Shown: positions 8,553-16,726, counted from the first letter of the stretch. The stretch: 64,000 bases of DNA from Muribaculaceae bacterium (GCA_017405965.1 JAFQZK010000025.1:61170-125169); one strand, 5' to 3'. Notes: generated by a model from the letters alone, not told the origin. Translations and numbers: made by a program.

Positions 8553-10396
8553 TACTCAAGCAAGGACAAATTATCGACAACAAGTGGAATGTGGTTTACC
8601 CGATCAAGGAAAACCCCTATGCCGAGAGTTACCGCGTCGAGGACGAGAGCGGCAACCCCTACTTCATGAAGATTTACCGCCTCAAGAACACCCCCGAGAA
8701 ACTGATCGAGCAAGGCGATGTCAAGGAAATCATCTGGTCGCTGGCCATCAAGCACAAGAACATCATCAGCCTGGTAGATAACGGCGGTTACAACAACGAG
8801 GAGGGTGAATGCCGCTATATGGTCGCCAACTACTTCAGCGGCGAGCTCCTGAGCGAGATGCTGCAGCGTGAAGGCAAAATCGACCCGAAAGCCGCTACCA
8901 AGATATTCATCGAGATGCTCGAGGGATTGCAGTACATGCACAACATGCCGGGTGGATGCCTGCACAACGACATCACCCCGACCAATGTCATGCTCAGCAG
9001 CAAGACCGGAGGCACGGCCGAACTCATCGACCTGGGACACGTCTCGCAGTGCTTCATGGGCACACCGCCGTTCGACACCGCCGACCTGGATCCGCGCTAT
9101 GCCAGCGGGCAGTCGTTCATCGGCAAATATGATGAGCGCAACGACATCTTCGCCGCTACCGGCGTGTTCTACACCATGCTCACGGGACGTGTGCCCTGGG
9201 ACGTGGAATTCACGCCCGAAATGACGCGTAAAGAGAAAATCAAAATCGTCCAAAAGGCCCGTAGCGAGAAGAGCGAAATCAATGTCGATGACATCGAGGA
9301 CGAGAAACTCAAGAACATCATCTTGAAGGGATTGTCCCTAGGGTACAACGACCGCTACAGCAGTGTCGAGAAACTGCTGAGCGACCTCATCGAGGGAGAC
9401 GAGAGCGACCTGGCGAATGAAATCCGCAGCAAGTTGAAGGCCATGCAGGACGAGGAAGACGATCCGTTCGGCGACAGTCCGTTCAACCTTCCCGACGACT
9501 CTGCACCCGGCAGTTTCCGTTCTCAGGCTGCCAGTGAGACCAGCGCCGATGTCGAGGTCAAGCGCGGCGGTGGTAACGGATTTGCCGACATTGCCGGCAT
9601 GGACGAGTTGAAGGACATGCTGCGCAAGCGTGTCATCCTCATCCTCCAGGACAAGGAACTGGCCGAGAAGTACAAACTCACGCCGCCCAACGGCATGCTG
9701 CTCTACGGCCCTCCCGGCTGCGGCAAGAGTTTCTTTGCCGAGAAGTTTGCCGAGGAAACGGGCTTCAACTTCATTCTTGTCAAGGCCAGCGACCTGGGCT
9801 CCATCTACATCCACGGCTCACAAGGCAAAATCGCCGACCTGTTCAAGAAAGCCGAGGAGAATGCACCGTCGGTACTGTGCTTCGACGAGTTCGACGCCTT
9901 CGTTCCCAGCCGTTCGGGCGACCTGGGCAGCAACCAGGCCGGTGAGGTCAACGAGTTCCTCACCCAACTCAACAACTGCTCCAAGCGAGGCATCTTTGTC
10001 ATCGCCACCAGCAACCGCCCCGACAAGGTGGATCCCGCAGTGCTGCGCACGGGCCGCATCGACAAGCAGGTGTATGTGCCCATGCCCGACGAGACCGCCC
10101 GCAAACTCATGTTCGAGCTCTACCTCAAGGACCGCCCCTGTGAGGAGATTGACAGCGAAGCGCTGGCCAAGAAGGCCGATGGCTACGTCGCCAGCGACAT
10201 TTCCTACGTCGTGAACGAGGCCGCCACCATCGCCGCCTTCAACCACGAGAACATCACCCAGGAGTTGCTGATCAAGACCATCGAGGGCATCAAGCCGTCG
10301 ATTAACAAGGAACTGCTCAAGGAATATGAGGAAATGCGCGACAAGATGGAAGGCATCAGCCGCAGCAACAGCCTCCCCCACATCGGGTACAGATGA
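8549..10396 (+). CDS. Fusion protein: Hanks-type Ser/Thr protein-kinase-like domain (aa ~1-280), acidic linker, then classical AAA+ ATPase (aa ~345-615)
   Basis: Kinase motifs: YFMKIY (VAIK-like Lys), catalytic loop LHNDITPTN (nt 8963-), DLG (nt 9029-), NDIFAATGVFYTMLTGRVPW (subdomain IX). AAA motifs: Walker A GPPGCGKS (nt 9707-9730), Walker B VLCFDEFDA, sensor-1 VIATSNRP, second region of homology PAVLRTGRIDK. Confidence 0.8.
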   Translation: MILKQGQIIDNKWNVVYPIKENPYAESYRVEDESGNPYFMKIYRLKNTPEKLIEQGDVKEIIWSLAIKHKNIISLVDNGGYNNEEGECRYMVANYFSGELLSEMLQREGKIDPKAATKIFIEMLEGLQYMHNMPGGCLHNDITPTNVMLSSKTGGTAELIDLGHVSQCFMGTPPFDTADLDPRYASGQSFIGKYDERNDIFAATGVFYTMLTGRVPWDVEFTPEMTRKEKIKIVQKARSEKSEINVDDIEDEKLKNIILKGLSLGYNDRYSSVEKLLSDLIEGDESDLANEIRSKLKAMQDEEDDPFGDSPFNLPDDSAPGSFRSQAASETSADVEVKRGGGNGFADIAGMDELKDMLRKRVILILQDKELAEKYKLTPPNGMLLYGPPGCGKSFFAEKFAEETGFNFILVKASDLGSIYIHGSQGKIADLFKKAEENAPSVLCFDEFDAFVPSRSGDLGSNQAGEVNEFLTQLNNCSKRGIFVIATSNRPDKVDPAVLRTGRIDKQVYVPMPDETARKLMFELYLKDRPCEEIDSEALAKKADGYVASDISYVVNEAATIAAFNHENITQELLIKTIEGIKPSINKELLKEYEEMRDKMEGISRSNSLPHIGYR

Positions 10397-10443
10397 GACT
10401 TTAGACATTAGACTTTAGATTAATCATTAAACTTCACATAGAT

Positions 10444-10860
10444 ATGGACTTAAACAAACTGATGATGGATTTTTTGGCCGAAGAAGGGTTCCGTCCCCAC
10501 GAGACCCCCTTTGGCATCGCGTTCAAGAACGAGGGTTTCAATTTCCTCTATTTCAAGGACGAAGACGACGAGCAGTACTTCAGGCTCATGATGCCTGCCA
10601 TCTTTGATGTCACCGAGGACAACGAGGACACCATCATGCGCGTGATGAACGAAGTGAACAGCACCATCAAGGTGGTGAAACTCTACACCATGGACATGGA
10701 AGACCCCGAAGGCAAGAAGGAGACTTCGGTGTGGGTGGCCTTTGAAATCCTGGCCGACACCACGCCCGAACTCAGCGACATCGTGCCCCGTGCCATCGCC
10801 CTGCTCATGGGTGGCCGTCATGCCTTCCTGACCAAGCTAGAGGAGATTGCCGACAATTGA
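10444..10860 (+). CDS. YbjN-like (type III secretion chaperone-like fold) small acidic protein
   Basis: 138 aa and acidic. The inferred alpha-beta3-alpha-beta2-alpha pattern (LMMDFLAEEGF / GIAFKNEGFNFLYF / YFRLMMPAIF / IMRVMNEVNSTIK / VWVAFEILAD / IVPRAIALLMGGRHAFLTKLEE) resembles the YbjN family. This is an assignment by pattern only. Confidence 0.4.
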   Translation: MDLNKLMMDFLAEEGFRPHETPFGIAFKNEGFNFLYFKDEDDEQYFRLMMPAIFDVTEDNEDTIMRVMNEVNSTIKVVKLYTMDMEDPEGKKETSVWVAFEILADTTPELSDIVPRAIALLMGGRHAFLTKLEEIADN

Positions 10861-10901
10861 TGACGCAGCCCCAGCGGCCGTAACATCACCCGCATCAAGA
10901 A

Positions 10902-10996
10902 CAGGCTGTGACATAATTCAGTGTCGCAGAAATAAACCGTGCTACGCACGGGAAATTATACAAATTTGCTTCCCGCCCGTCAGGGCGGTTTTTTTT
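10902..10996. repeat. Truncated copy of the nested-palindrome intergenic element seen at 61801-61946
   Basis: caggctgtgacataatt ... aaccgtgctacgcacgggaaatta ... cccgcccgtcagggcgg aligns block by block with the reverse complement of 61801-61946 (aaggctgtgccataatt ... aaccgtgctatcgcacgggaaatta ... cccgcccaacgggcgg). Confidence 0.55.
10973..10996 (+). terminator. Rho-independent terminator after the YbjN-like gene
   Basis: Hairpin ccgccc-gtca-gggcgg followed by T8. Confidence 0.65.
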
Positions 10997-11140
10997 CATG
11001 CAAAACTACGACACAGACACAGCAGACCTTCGGCCTGCATTCTCGGCATTTACCGGACGCTGATGATCAAAAATGATTTTCTTTGATTGCTTGCGAGCAA
11101 TCCTCCTGATACCATTGCGCCAACCGTCGATTCCCAAAAA

Positions 11141-11176
11141 GAATTTGCAGCAAAAGTCTTTTTTTGCTGCAAATTC
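11141..11176 (-). terminator. Terminator hairpin downstream of the C10-LRR-dockerin gene
   Basis: 15-bp stem gaatttgcagcaaaa / ttttgctgcaaattc. On the minus strand it is followed by TTTTT. Confidence 0.55.
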
Positions 11177-11295
11177 TTTAGATTCCGTAAAAAATAATTA
11201 GACACTCCTTACTCTCAGGTGGTCGCTATGGTTTCTTGTTTCCAGATGAACCAAATAATCTGGAGTTTCCAGACCGAACTTTTAATAACTAATAA

Positions 11296-13413
11296 TTAAG
11301 AACCAAGAATAATATCGACCACAGCATTCACATCGGCGATGTTCACCTCACCGTCACCGTTCACGTCAAATGATTCGTCACCTCCCATGCCGCTCAGGAT
11401 AATGTCGATCACTGCATTCACGTCGGCAATGTTCACCTCGCCGTCACCGTTCACGTCACCGTTCACGGCCACGTCATCCAAAATGATGATATTATCAAAC
11501 AGTGTCCATATATCGGCACAATAGTAATCGTCGAACGATATCTCGGGCACAATCAAAGTCGTTGATGAATAACAATTGCTGGGGAAGGTCTCCTCGCTGT
11601 CCACCACCGGGGGAAGTTCGGGATACATCTTCAAGCGGCTCAGCGACCGGCAACCGACAAAGGCATTCGGTCCTATCGAGTCCACACGCAGGCCCACCGT
11701 CACGTCTTGCAGTGATATGCAATTCGAGAACAATTCCCTGCCGATTACCCTCAGGTTGTTACCGATGACCACCTCACTCAACTTGCGGCAGTTGGCAAAT
11801 GCCCTGTCGGCTATCTCTTCCACACCGTTCCCGGTAGTCAATCGCGTCATAGCGCTGCAATTCATGAAGGCACCTTCATCGATACGCTTCATGCTCGACG
11901 GTAATGCCAGTTGACTCAACAGGCTGCAACCGTAGAAGGCATAGTAGCCGATTTTCTCCACGCGGCGTCCCATGGTCACCGTACTCATCAGTCTGCAATT
12001 CAAGAAGGCGAAGTCAGCAATCTCGGTCACCCCGTCAGGGATGTTGATAGCCCTCAGCGCGGTACAATCCTTGAAGGCGTATTTGCCGATGCGCTTGATT
12101 GTCGGCGGCAAGGTGACAGTCCTCAATGAGGTGCAGTTCTTGAAGGCTCCGTCGGCGATGGCAGTGACAGGATAGGTCACACCTTGGCTGGTCACCTCAC
12201 TGGGGATGACGAGATTGCCACTGTAGGAACCGTATCGCCTTTCACGCGTGGTAACCGTGGCTTCATGGCCATTCAACTTGTAGCACACGCCATCTACATC
12301 GATGTCCCAAAGGGGAACATCCTCGGCTGGGTACAGCCTGTACAGCATCGACTGACCATAGGAGAATGACATGCCGGCAACATCAAAGGCGTCCAGTAAA
12401 AAATAGTCATTATAGTTGCCTTCCCAGCCCCAATTGATATGGAAGAGCATGCCGATACAACCATCCACGACATAGGCATGACCGCCCCCTTCACCAGAAC
12501 CGCAATACAGGATGGGACGGCCCTGAGTCAAATCCTCGTGCATCATGGCCAACCATTCCAGGGTTTCATAGTCGTCGCGGTGAAGGAACCGCATCGCCTG
12601 GTTATAACCGAGCAGCATCATGGCCGAATACTGATTCCAAGTGCCGGATCCGCTGCCGTCGGTGCCATACTCCATCGAGGACGCCTGGCCGCAATAGCGC
12701 ATCAGCGTGGCGACCGCCATGCCCTGAGCAGGCGTGTAAGGCATGGTATAGCCGTCACACATCTCGGCCCAGTCGACGGGGGTTGCGGGCAAAGCAGGGA
12801 GAAAAATATGATAAAAACCGGTTGTATAGGCAGGAAGATCGGGCAACACATCAGGATAACGCCAGTAATACATCACCTGGGCCATCGCGGTAGCGACACA
12901 GCCCGTCACGCAACGCACGCCCTTGTCGAACGGGCACAGGTTATAGTAGGGTGCACTCTGTGACCAGGTACAGGTCAACAGCGGTGAAACGACAACGACC
13001 TCGTTAGCGTCACGAGGTTTCACGCGGGCATCAGGATGGGTTTGCAGCCACTCCATCTGCTCCTTGTAGTGGGACAGGAGGCCTCGCATATTGCAGGGTA
13101 CGGTCTCGGGATCAAACTGCCCGTCGCCAAAGCCCAAAACGCTTTCGGCACGGTCATCGCCTGCCAAAATCACATAACTGTCATCGGCATTAAAGATGTA
13201 GTATGCGGGCATGTCTTGAATTCCCTTTTCCACTTGGACCAACTGCAACACCGAGGCTGCCGGTGCTGCCTTGAGATGACCCTGTGCGACTTGACGGTTC
13301 AAGAACTGCGAGGCACACTGGGCTGCCGTGGCCTCATCAACAGGGGCTGCCCATGCCGACAACTGTGCCATGGCCACAACTATCATTATAAGAATGGGTA
13401 ATCGTTTCATCAT
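11296..13413 (-). CDS. C10 (streptopain/SpeB-like) cysteine peptidase, then BspA-type leucine-rich repeats, then a tandem dockerin-type-I-like repeat
   Basis: Signal peptide MMKRLPILIMIVVAMAQLSAWA. Catalytic Cys in CVTGCVATAMAQVMYYWRYP, His in GGGHAYVVDGC, then HINWGWEG. About 8 LRR_5-type repeats (FKNCTSLRTVTLP..IKRIGKYAFKDCTALRAINIP...). The C-terminus is GDVNGDGEVNIADVNAVIDIILSG...FDVNGDGEVNIADVNAVVDIILGS (nt 11296-11460). Confidence 0.85.
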   Translation of the reverse strand: MMKRLPILIMIVVAMAQLSAWAAPVDEATAAQCASQFLNRQVAQGHLKAAPAASVLQLVQVEKGIQDMPAYYIFNADDSYVILAGDDRAESVLGFGDGQFDPETVPCNMRGLLSHYKEQMEWLQTHPDARVKPRDANEVVVVSPLLTCTWSQSAPYYNLCPFDKGVRCVTGCVATAMAQVMYYWRYPDVLPDLPAYTTGFYHIFLPALPATPVDWAEMCDGYTMPYTPAQGMAVATLMRYCGQASSMEYGTDGSGSGTWNQYSAMMLLGYNQAMRFLHRDDYETLEWLAMMHEDLTQGRPILYCGSGEGGGHAYVVDGCIGMLFHINWGWEGNYNDYFLLDAFDVAGMSFSYGQSMLYRLYPAEDVPLWDIDVDGVCYKLNGHEATVTTRERRYGSYSGNLVIPSEVTSQGVTYPVTAIADGAFKNCTSLRTVTLPPTIKRIGKYAFKDCTALRAINIPDGVTEIADFAFLNCRLMSTVTMGRRVEKIGYYAFYGCSLLSQLALPSSMKRIDEGAFMNCSAMTRLTTGNGVEEIADRAFANCRKLSEVVIGNNLRVIGRELFSNCISLQDVTVGLRVDSIGPNAFVGCRSLSRLKMYPELPPVVDSEETFPSNCYSSTTLIVPEISFDDYYCADIWTLFDNIIILDDVAVNGDVNGDGEVNIADVNAVIDIILSGMGGDESFDVNGDGEVNIADVNAVVDIILGS

Positions 13414-13476
13414 ATCCTCACATTTTTAAGTGCTACAAAAATACAAAATAATCTTTTTAAAGTCAATAAATAATGA

Positions 13477-13887
13477 CTAAAAATCATAATACCTGATCTT
13501 GACATCCTTACGAATCACAGTTCCTGTCATACAGGCACGGTGCAACGTCGCGATACAGAAGAAATACTTGTAGGCCTCAGGGTGCTCATCGCGATAACGG
13601 TAATAAATCCTGTCACACACTTGCACCACCTCCTTGTCATTGCCGTCAAGGGTGCGCTTGGAATAAACCGCCTTGATCGAGTCCTTCATGATTCGGGTGA
13701 TGACGTATGCCATATCGTCCTTGGACACCGGATAATAATCGGGCGGCTTGCTGGCGATGGTGAAGTAATAATCGATCTTAGGGTCAGGAGTATCGTCCTC
13801 ACACGAGCCTAACAACGATGACAGGATAACGATCGCGACAGAGACCAACGCGAGCCTCAATAGCTTGAAATATGATTGCTTTTCCAT
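13477..13887 (-). CDS. Small lipoprotein of unknown function immediately upstream of the C10 peptidase
   Basis: ATG at 13887. Lipobox LLGSC. 136 aa with a mixed alpha/beta prediction. Same strand as the peptidase, 63 bp upstream of its start. Confidence 0.55.
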   Translation of the reverse strand: MEKQSYFKLLRLALVSVAIVILSSLLGSCEDDTPDPKIDYYFTIASKPPDYYPVSKDDMAYVITRIMKDSIKAVYSKRTLDGNDKEVVQVCDRIYYRYRDEHPEAYKYFFCIATLHRACMTGTVIRKDVKIRYYDF

Positions 13888-14009
13888 TTCGTTTGCAGGT
13901 TAGTTGTTAAACATTGCTTTAACACACATGAATGCTGGAAAGGAAAAGGGGACACATCCGGGCCGCTCGGCAGAGACGTGCCCCCAACCTAACCACAATT
14001 ATGAAAAAA

Positions 14010-14240
14010 TCATTTAGCACTCATATCAGGAAGGCAATCACCATTGCCGTGGGCCACATCGACAAGTGATGCCATGTGGCGCACCTGCAGGGGGCTCGCG
14101 GCCGTGCCACGAGCGACAACAGACGGCAGTGATTGCGGGAAACAAGACTCAGGCGGCGAAGCGCCAGACAAAACAACAACGGCTGCACCCGCAATAACGA
14201 GCACGACCGCCATAATCGGTTTTAATACAATGCGTCCCAT
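14010..14240 (-). CDS. Possible small (76 aa) membrane or secreted protein
   Basis: The internal ATG at 14240 gives MGRIVLKPIMAVVLVIAGAAVVVLSGASPPES (hydrophobic N-terminus). A TATATTTG -7 box lies 57 bp upstream at 14297-14304. The longer track ORF start at 14360 would lie inside the upstream terminator. Confidence 0.3.
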   Translation of the reverse strand: MGRIVLKPIMAVVLVIAGAAVVVLSGASPPESCFPQSLPSVVARGTAASPLQVRHMASLVDVAHGNGDCLPDMSAK

Positions 14241-14296
14241 TACAGTAGATTTTAAATAATTAGGTATATTTGTGTTCCCCATCCAAAGGAACGCCG

Positions 14297-14304
14297 CAAA
14301 TATA
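14297..14304 (-). promoter_or_regulatory. Bacteroidota -7 promoter box (TATATTTG) for the small-ORF, lipoprotein and C10 peptidase operon
   Basis: Exact TAnnTTTG match on the minus strand, between the M6 gene terminator and ATG 14240. Confidence 0.4.
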
Positions 14305-14327
14305 AACAATATTTCATACAAAAGCAA

Positions 14328-14363
14328 GAATTTGCAGCAAAAAGTGATTATTTGCTGCAAATC
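14328..14363 (-). terminator. Terminator hairpin downstream of the M6-like peptidase gene
   Basis: Stem atttgcagcaaa / tttgctgcaaat, nearly the same arm sequence as the hairpin at 11141-11176. A second hairpin attgtcta-aaaaa-tagacaat lies at 14372-14392. Confidence 0.5.
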
Positions 14364-14414
14364 CCCGTAAAATTGTCTAAAAAATAGACAATCTGCCTAT
14401 TTTTTGTTATTTCG

Positions 14415-16151
14415 TCATTTCCCTGACAAAATGATATTGATTAGGGCATTGACATCGCTGATGTTCACCTCGCCGTCGTCATCCACATCGAACACTTCGT
14501 CGCTCATGGCGCCCGATTTCAAGATGGCATCGATCAAGGCGTTCACGTCGCTGATGTTCACCTCGCCGTCACGGTTCACGTCACCCTTCTGATAGATGGG
14601 GGTTTGCGCTTTCATGAACCAGAAACCGGCCACCTGAGCCTGGGCGTCGACGGTCATCTCGGTTATGGGCTTGTTCATGTAGCCACCGGTATAGACCATG
14701 GCAGGGGGTGTCGAGTTGTTGGTGAGCGAGTCAAGACTGCCCTGGGGCCACAAGTCATACTTGTTTGAACCGTCCGACAACTGGTTGTCGGCAGGGATGA
14801 GCGTCATGCGCTGGTGGTTGCTGCTGTTGTTGGGGGTATTGTCATCCCAAGCCTTCTTGTCATAATCCACATGCAGGATCATGATGCCCTCGGCCGACAG
14901 GAATGCGTCCCATCCGGTCTTGACACGATATTCCAGCAGGTAGTACTCATCAGGGTTGGCATCGTTGGTCACCTTGACGGCGGTGCCGCCATCGGTGTTG
15001 AGCGGAGCCATGCTGTAATAGCTGTTCTCCTCGGCATCGATGAGGTCCATCCAACCCATGAAGTGACGCTCATAGGAAGTGTAGCCTGCCGGACGATGGC
15101 CGTTGTTCAGGTAACAGCCGTTGTCCATGATGTCCCAACTGCTCATGCCATAGGCGTAGCTGTTGTTGGTCGGATAGAAATCGGGCAGACCCAGACAATG
15201 ACCAAACTCGTGGCAGAAGGTACCCACACCGTCGATATTCGTGCTGGTGTTGTTGCTGCCTTCCAACTCGTTGAACACGGCAAACCGGTCGATGGTCACC
15301 CCGTTGAGTTGGAACGGTCCAATGGTGCTGCAACCCCAATCGTGGGCTTCTTTCATATCCCACTGGCAGGGCCACACGCTCTCGGGCACCGTGCGCCAAG
15401 CCTGAGATTCACCCACACCGGCATAGAGCACGACCACAACATCGACAAGGCCGTCGCCGTCGTTGTCATAGTTGGAGAAATCCACATTCCCTGAAATGCC
15501 CATGCAAGCGTCGTAAATCATGGTACCCAACTGGGTATCAAGTTCCTGACCGTAGCGATAGACGTTGGCACCATAGAAAGCGCGGGTCTGCGGCAACTGC
15601 ACCGGGCCCAGGATGTCGAAGCGCGGCGAGAATTTTCCGCGTGACTGCGACTCGAAGTAGTGCAGACAGCTGTACTCCTTCTCATTGAACTGGTTCTGGA
15701 AGGTTGACAGCGGGTTCTCGTCAATGAACTGGACATCGGTGTAATTCACAAGGATGATAGGGATGCGCGGGGAACCCAGTGTAGGCACCTGCGGCGAGTC
15801 GTTCTCGTCGGTGCGGCGCGGCATGCGGCTGGCGCCTGCGCCCAGCGTCATCTGTTGACGATAGGCTGTGACAAAGGCTTGCTCTTCAATGCCACGGTTA
15901 CCCTTGTCATGGGCACGCACATCGCTCAACGAGCCACCGACCGTGTAGCAGTAGTCACCGTTCAGGGCCCGGGCGACCGTCAGTCCGTCAAGCGTCATCA
16001 GCGAGTGGTTGAACTCCCCACCCCGCATCTCCAGCGTCACCGTCGTGCCGTCGCTCTGCACATGGGTAAAGGGAATAGATTTGGCGGGTACTGCCCAGGC
16101 CATGCTCGAGCATACCACAGCCGTCAGAAATATCAATAAGAATCTTTTCAT
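14415..16151 (-). CDS. M6-family-like (immune inhibitor A-like) zinc metallopeptidase with tandem dockerin-type-I-like repeat
   Basis: Signal peptide MKRFLLIFLTAVVCSSMAWA. Zincin motif HEFGHCLGLPDFY. The C-terminus is GDVNRDGEVNISDVNALIDAILKSG...FDVDDDGEVNISDVNALINIILSGK (nt 14415-14585). Confidence 0.8.
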   Translation of the reverse strand: MKRFLLIFLTAVVCSSMAWAVPAKSIPFTHVQSDGTTVTLEMRGGEFNHSLMTLDGLTVARALNGDYCYTVGGSLSDVRAHDKGNRGIEEQAFVTAYRQQMTLGAGASRMPRRTDENDSPQVPTLGSPRIPIILVNYTDVQFIDENPLSTFQNQFNEKEYSCLHYFESQSRGKFSPRFDILGPVQLPQTRAFYGANVYRYGQELDTQLGTMIYDACMGISGNVDFSNYDNDGDGLVDVVVVLYAGVGESQAWRTVPESVWPCQWDMKEAHDWGCSTIGPFQLNGVTIDRFAVFNELEGSNNTSTNIDGVGTFCHEFGHCLGLPDFYPTNNSYAYGMSSWDIMDNGCYLNNGHRPAGYTSYERHFMGWMDLIDAEENSYYSMAPLNTDGGTAVKVTNDANPDEYYLLEYRVKTGWDAFLSAEGIMILHVDYDKKAWDDNTPNNSSNHQRMTLIPADNQLSDGSNKYDLWPQGSLDSLTNNSTPPAMVYTGGYMNKPITEMTVDAQAQVAGFWFMKAQTPIYQKGDVNRDGEVNISDVNALIDAILKSGAMSDEVFDVDDDGEVNISDVNALINIILSGK

Positions 16152-16163
16152 CTCCAGTAATTA

Positions 16164-16697
16164 TTATTTTTCATTCATGTGCTCTTTCATGCCAGCCTTC
16201 CAGTCAAAGTCGTTGGTGACATCAATGAAGTTGTCAATATTCCAGGCTCCATTTTCGAGCAACATCTCCAGACGCACCGCTGTCGCATTGCCGCAGTTAT
16301 GGAGATTGAATTCAACCGTAGCGGTCGAGTCGGTCATGGCTGTGACACGGATATCGGTCGCCTTCAGGTCATTCCAATCCTGTCCCATGATCCAGTAATC
16401 GGCCTCAAAGAAGCCCATACCGGAATCCTCTTTCTTATCAAAGGCATTAACGCGCTTTACCCACGAGTTCCAGTCAGCGGTACAGAACATGCTGTCCAAA
16501 GAGTTCCCGATTTCGGCCGAACTGTGAGTTTCCATATCGTTATACTGCCCAAAGGCCACATCATAGATGTCGGTTACACGTTGAACCAGTGCGGCGGTGT
16601 CAAGGGTTGCCGACGCATCATTCTTCTCCACATTTGACTTGGACGAGCAAGCGCTCATCGCAACAATCACTAAGAACAATAACAGTAATTTCTTCAT
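16164..16697 (-). CDS. DUF3828-like small lipoprotein, co-oriented 12 bp upstream of the M6 peptidase
   Basis: Lipobox VAMSAC. FFEADYWIMGQDWNDLKATDIRV...ENGAWNIDNFID resembles the DUF3828/NTF2-like lipoprotein family. A -7 box lies 30 bp upstream. Confidence 0.55.
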   Translation of the reverse strand: MKKLLLLFLVIVAMSACSSKSNVEKNDASATLDTAALVQRVTDIYDVAFGQYNDMETHSSAEIGNSLDSMFCTADWNSWVKRVNAFDKKEDSGMGFFEADYWIMGQDWNDLKATDIRVTAMTDSTATVEFNLHNCGNATAVRLEMLLENGAWNIDNFIDVTNDFDWKAGMKEHMNEK

Positions 16698-16726
16698 AAC
16701 TATGCTTTTGTTTGTAAATGATGCGG

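Noticed and set aside
11296-11460. T9SS C-terminal sorting domain on the proteases
   Set aside because: I looked for a ~70-100-aa beta-rich terminal domain after the catalytic and accessory modules. All five proteins instead terminate in, or within ~20 aa of, the dockerin-like repeat pair.
14241-14360. Longer version (116 aa) of the small ORF 14010-14240
   Set aside because: The upstream part would run through the -7 box and the terminator hairpin of the M6 gene. Even the short version is kept only at low confidence.
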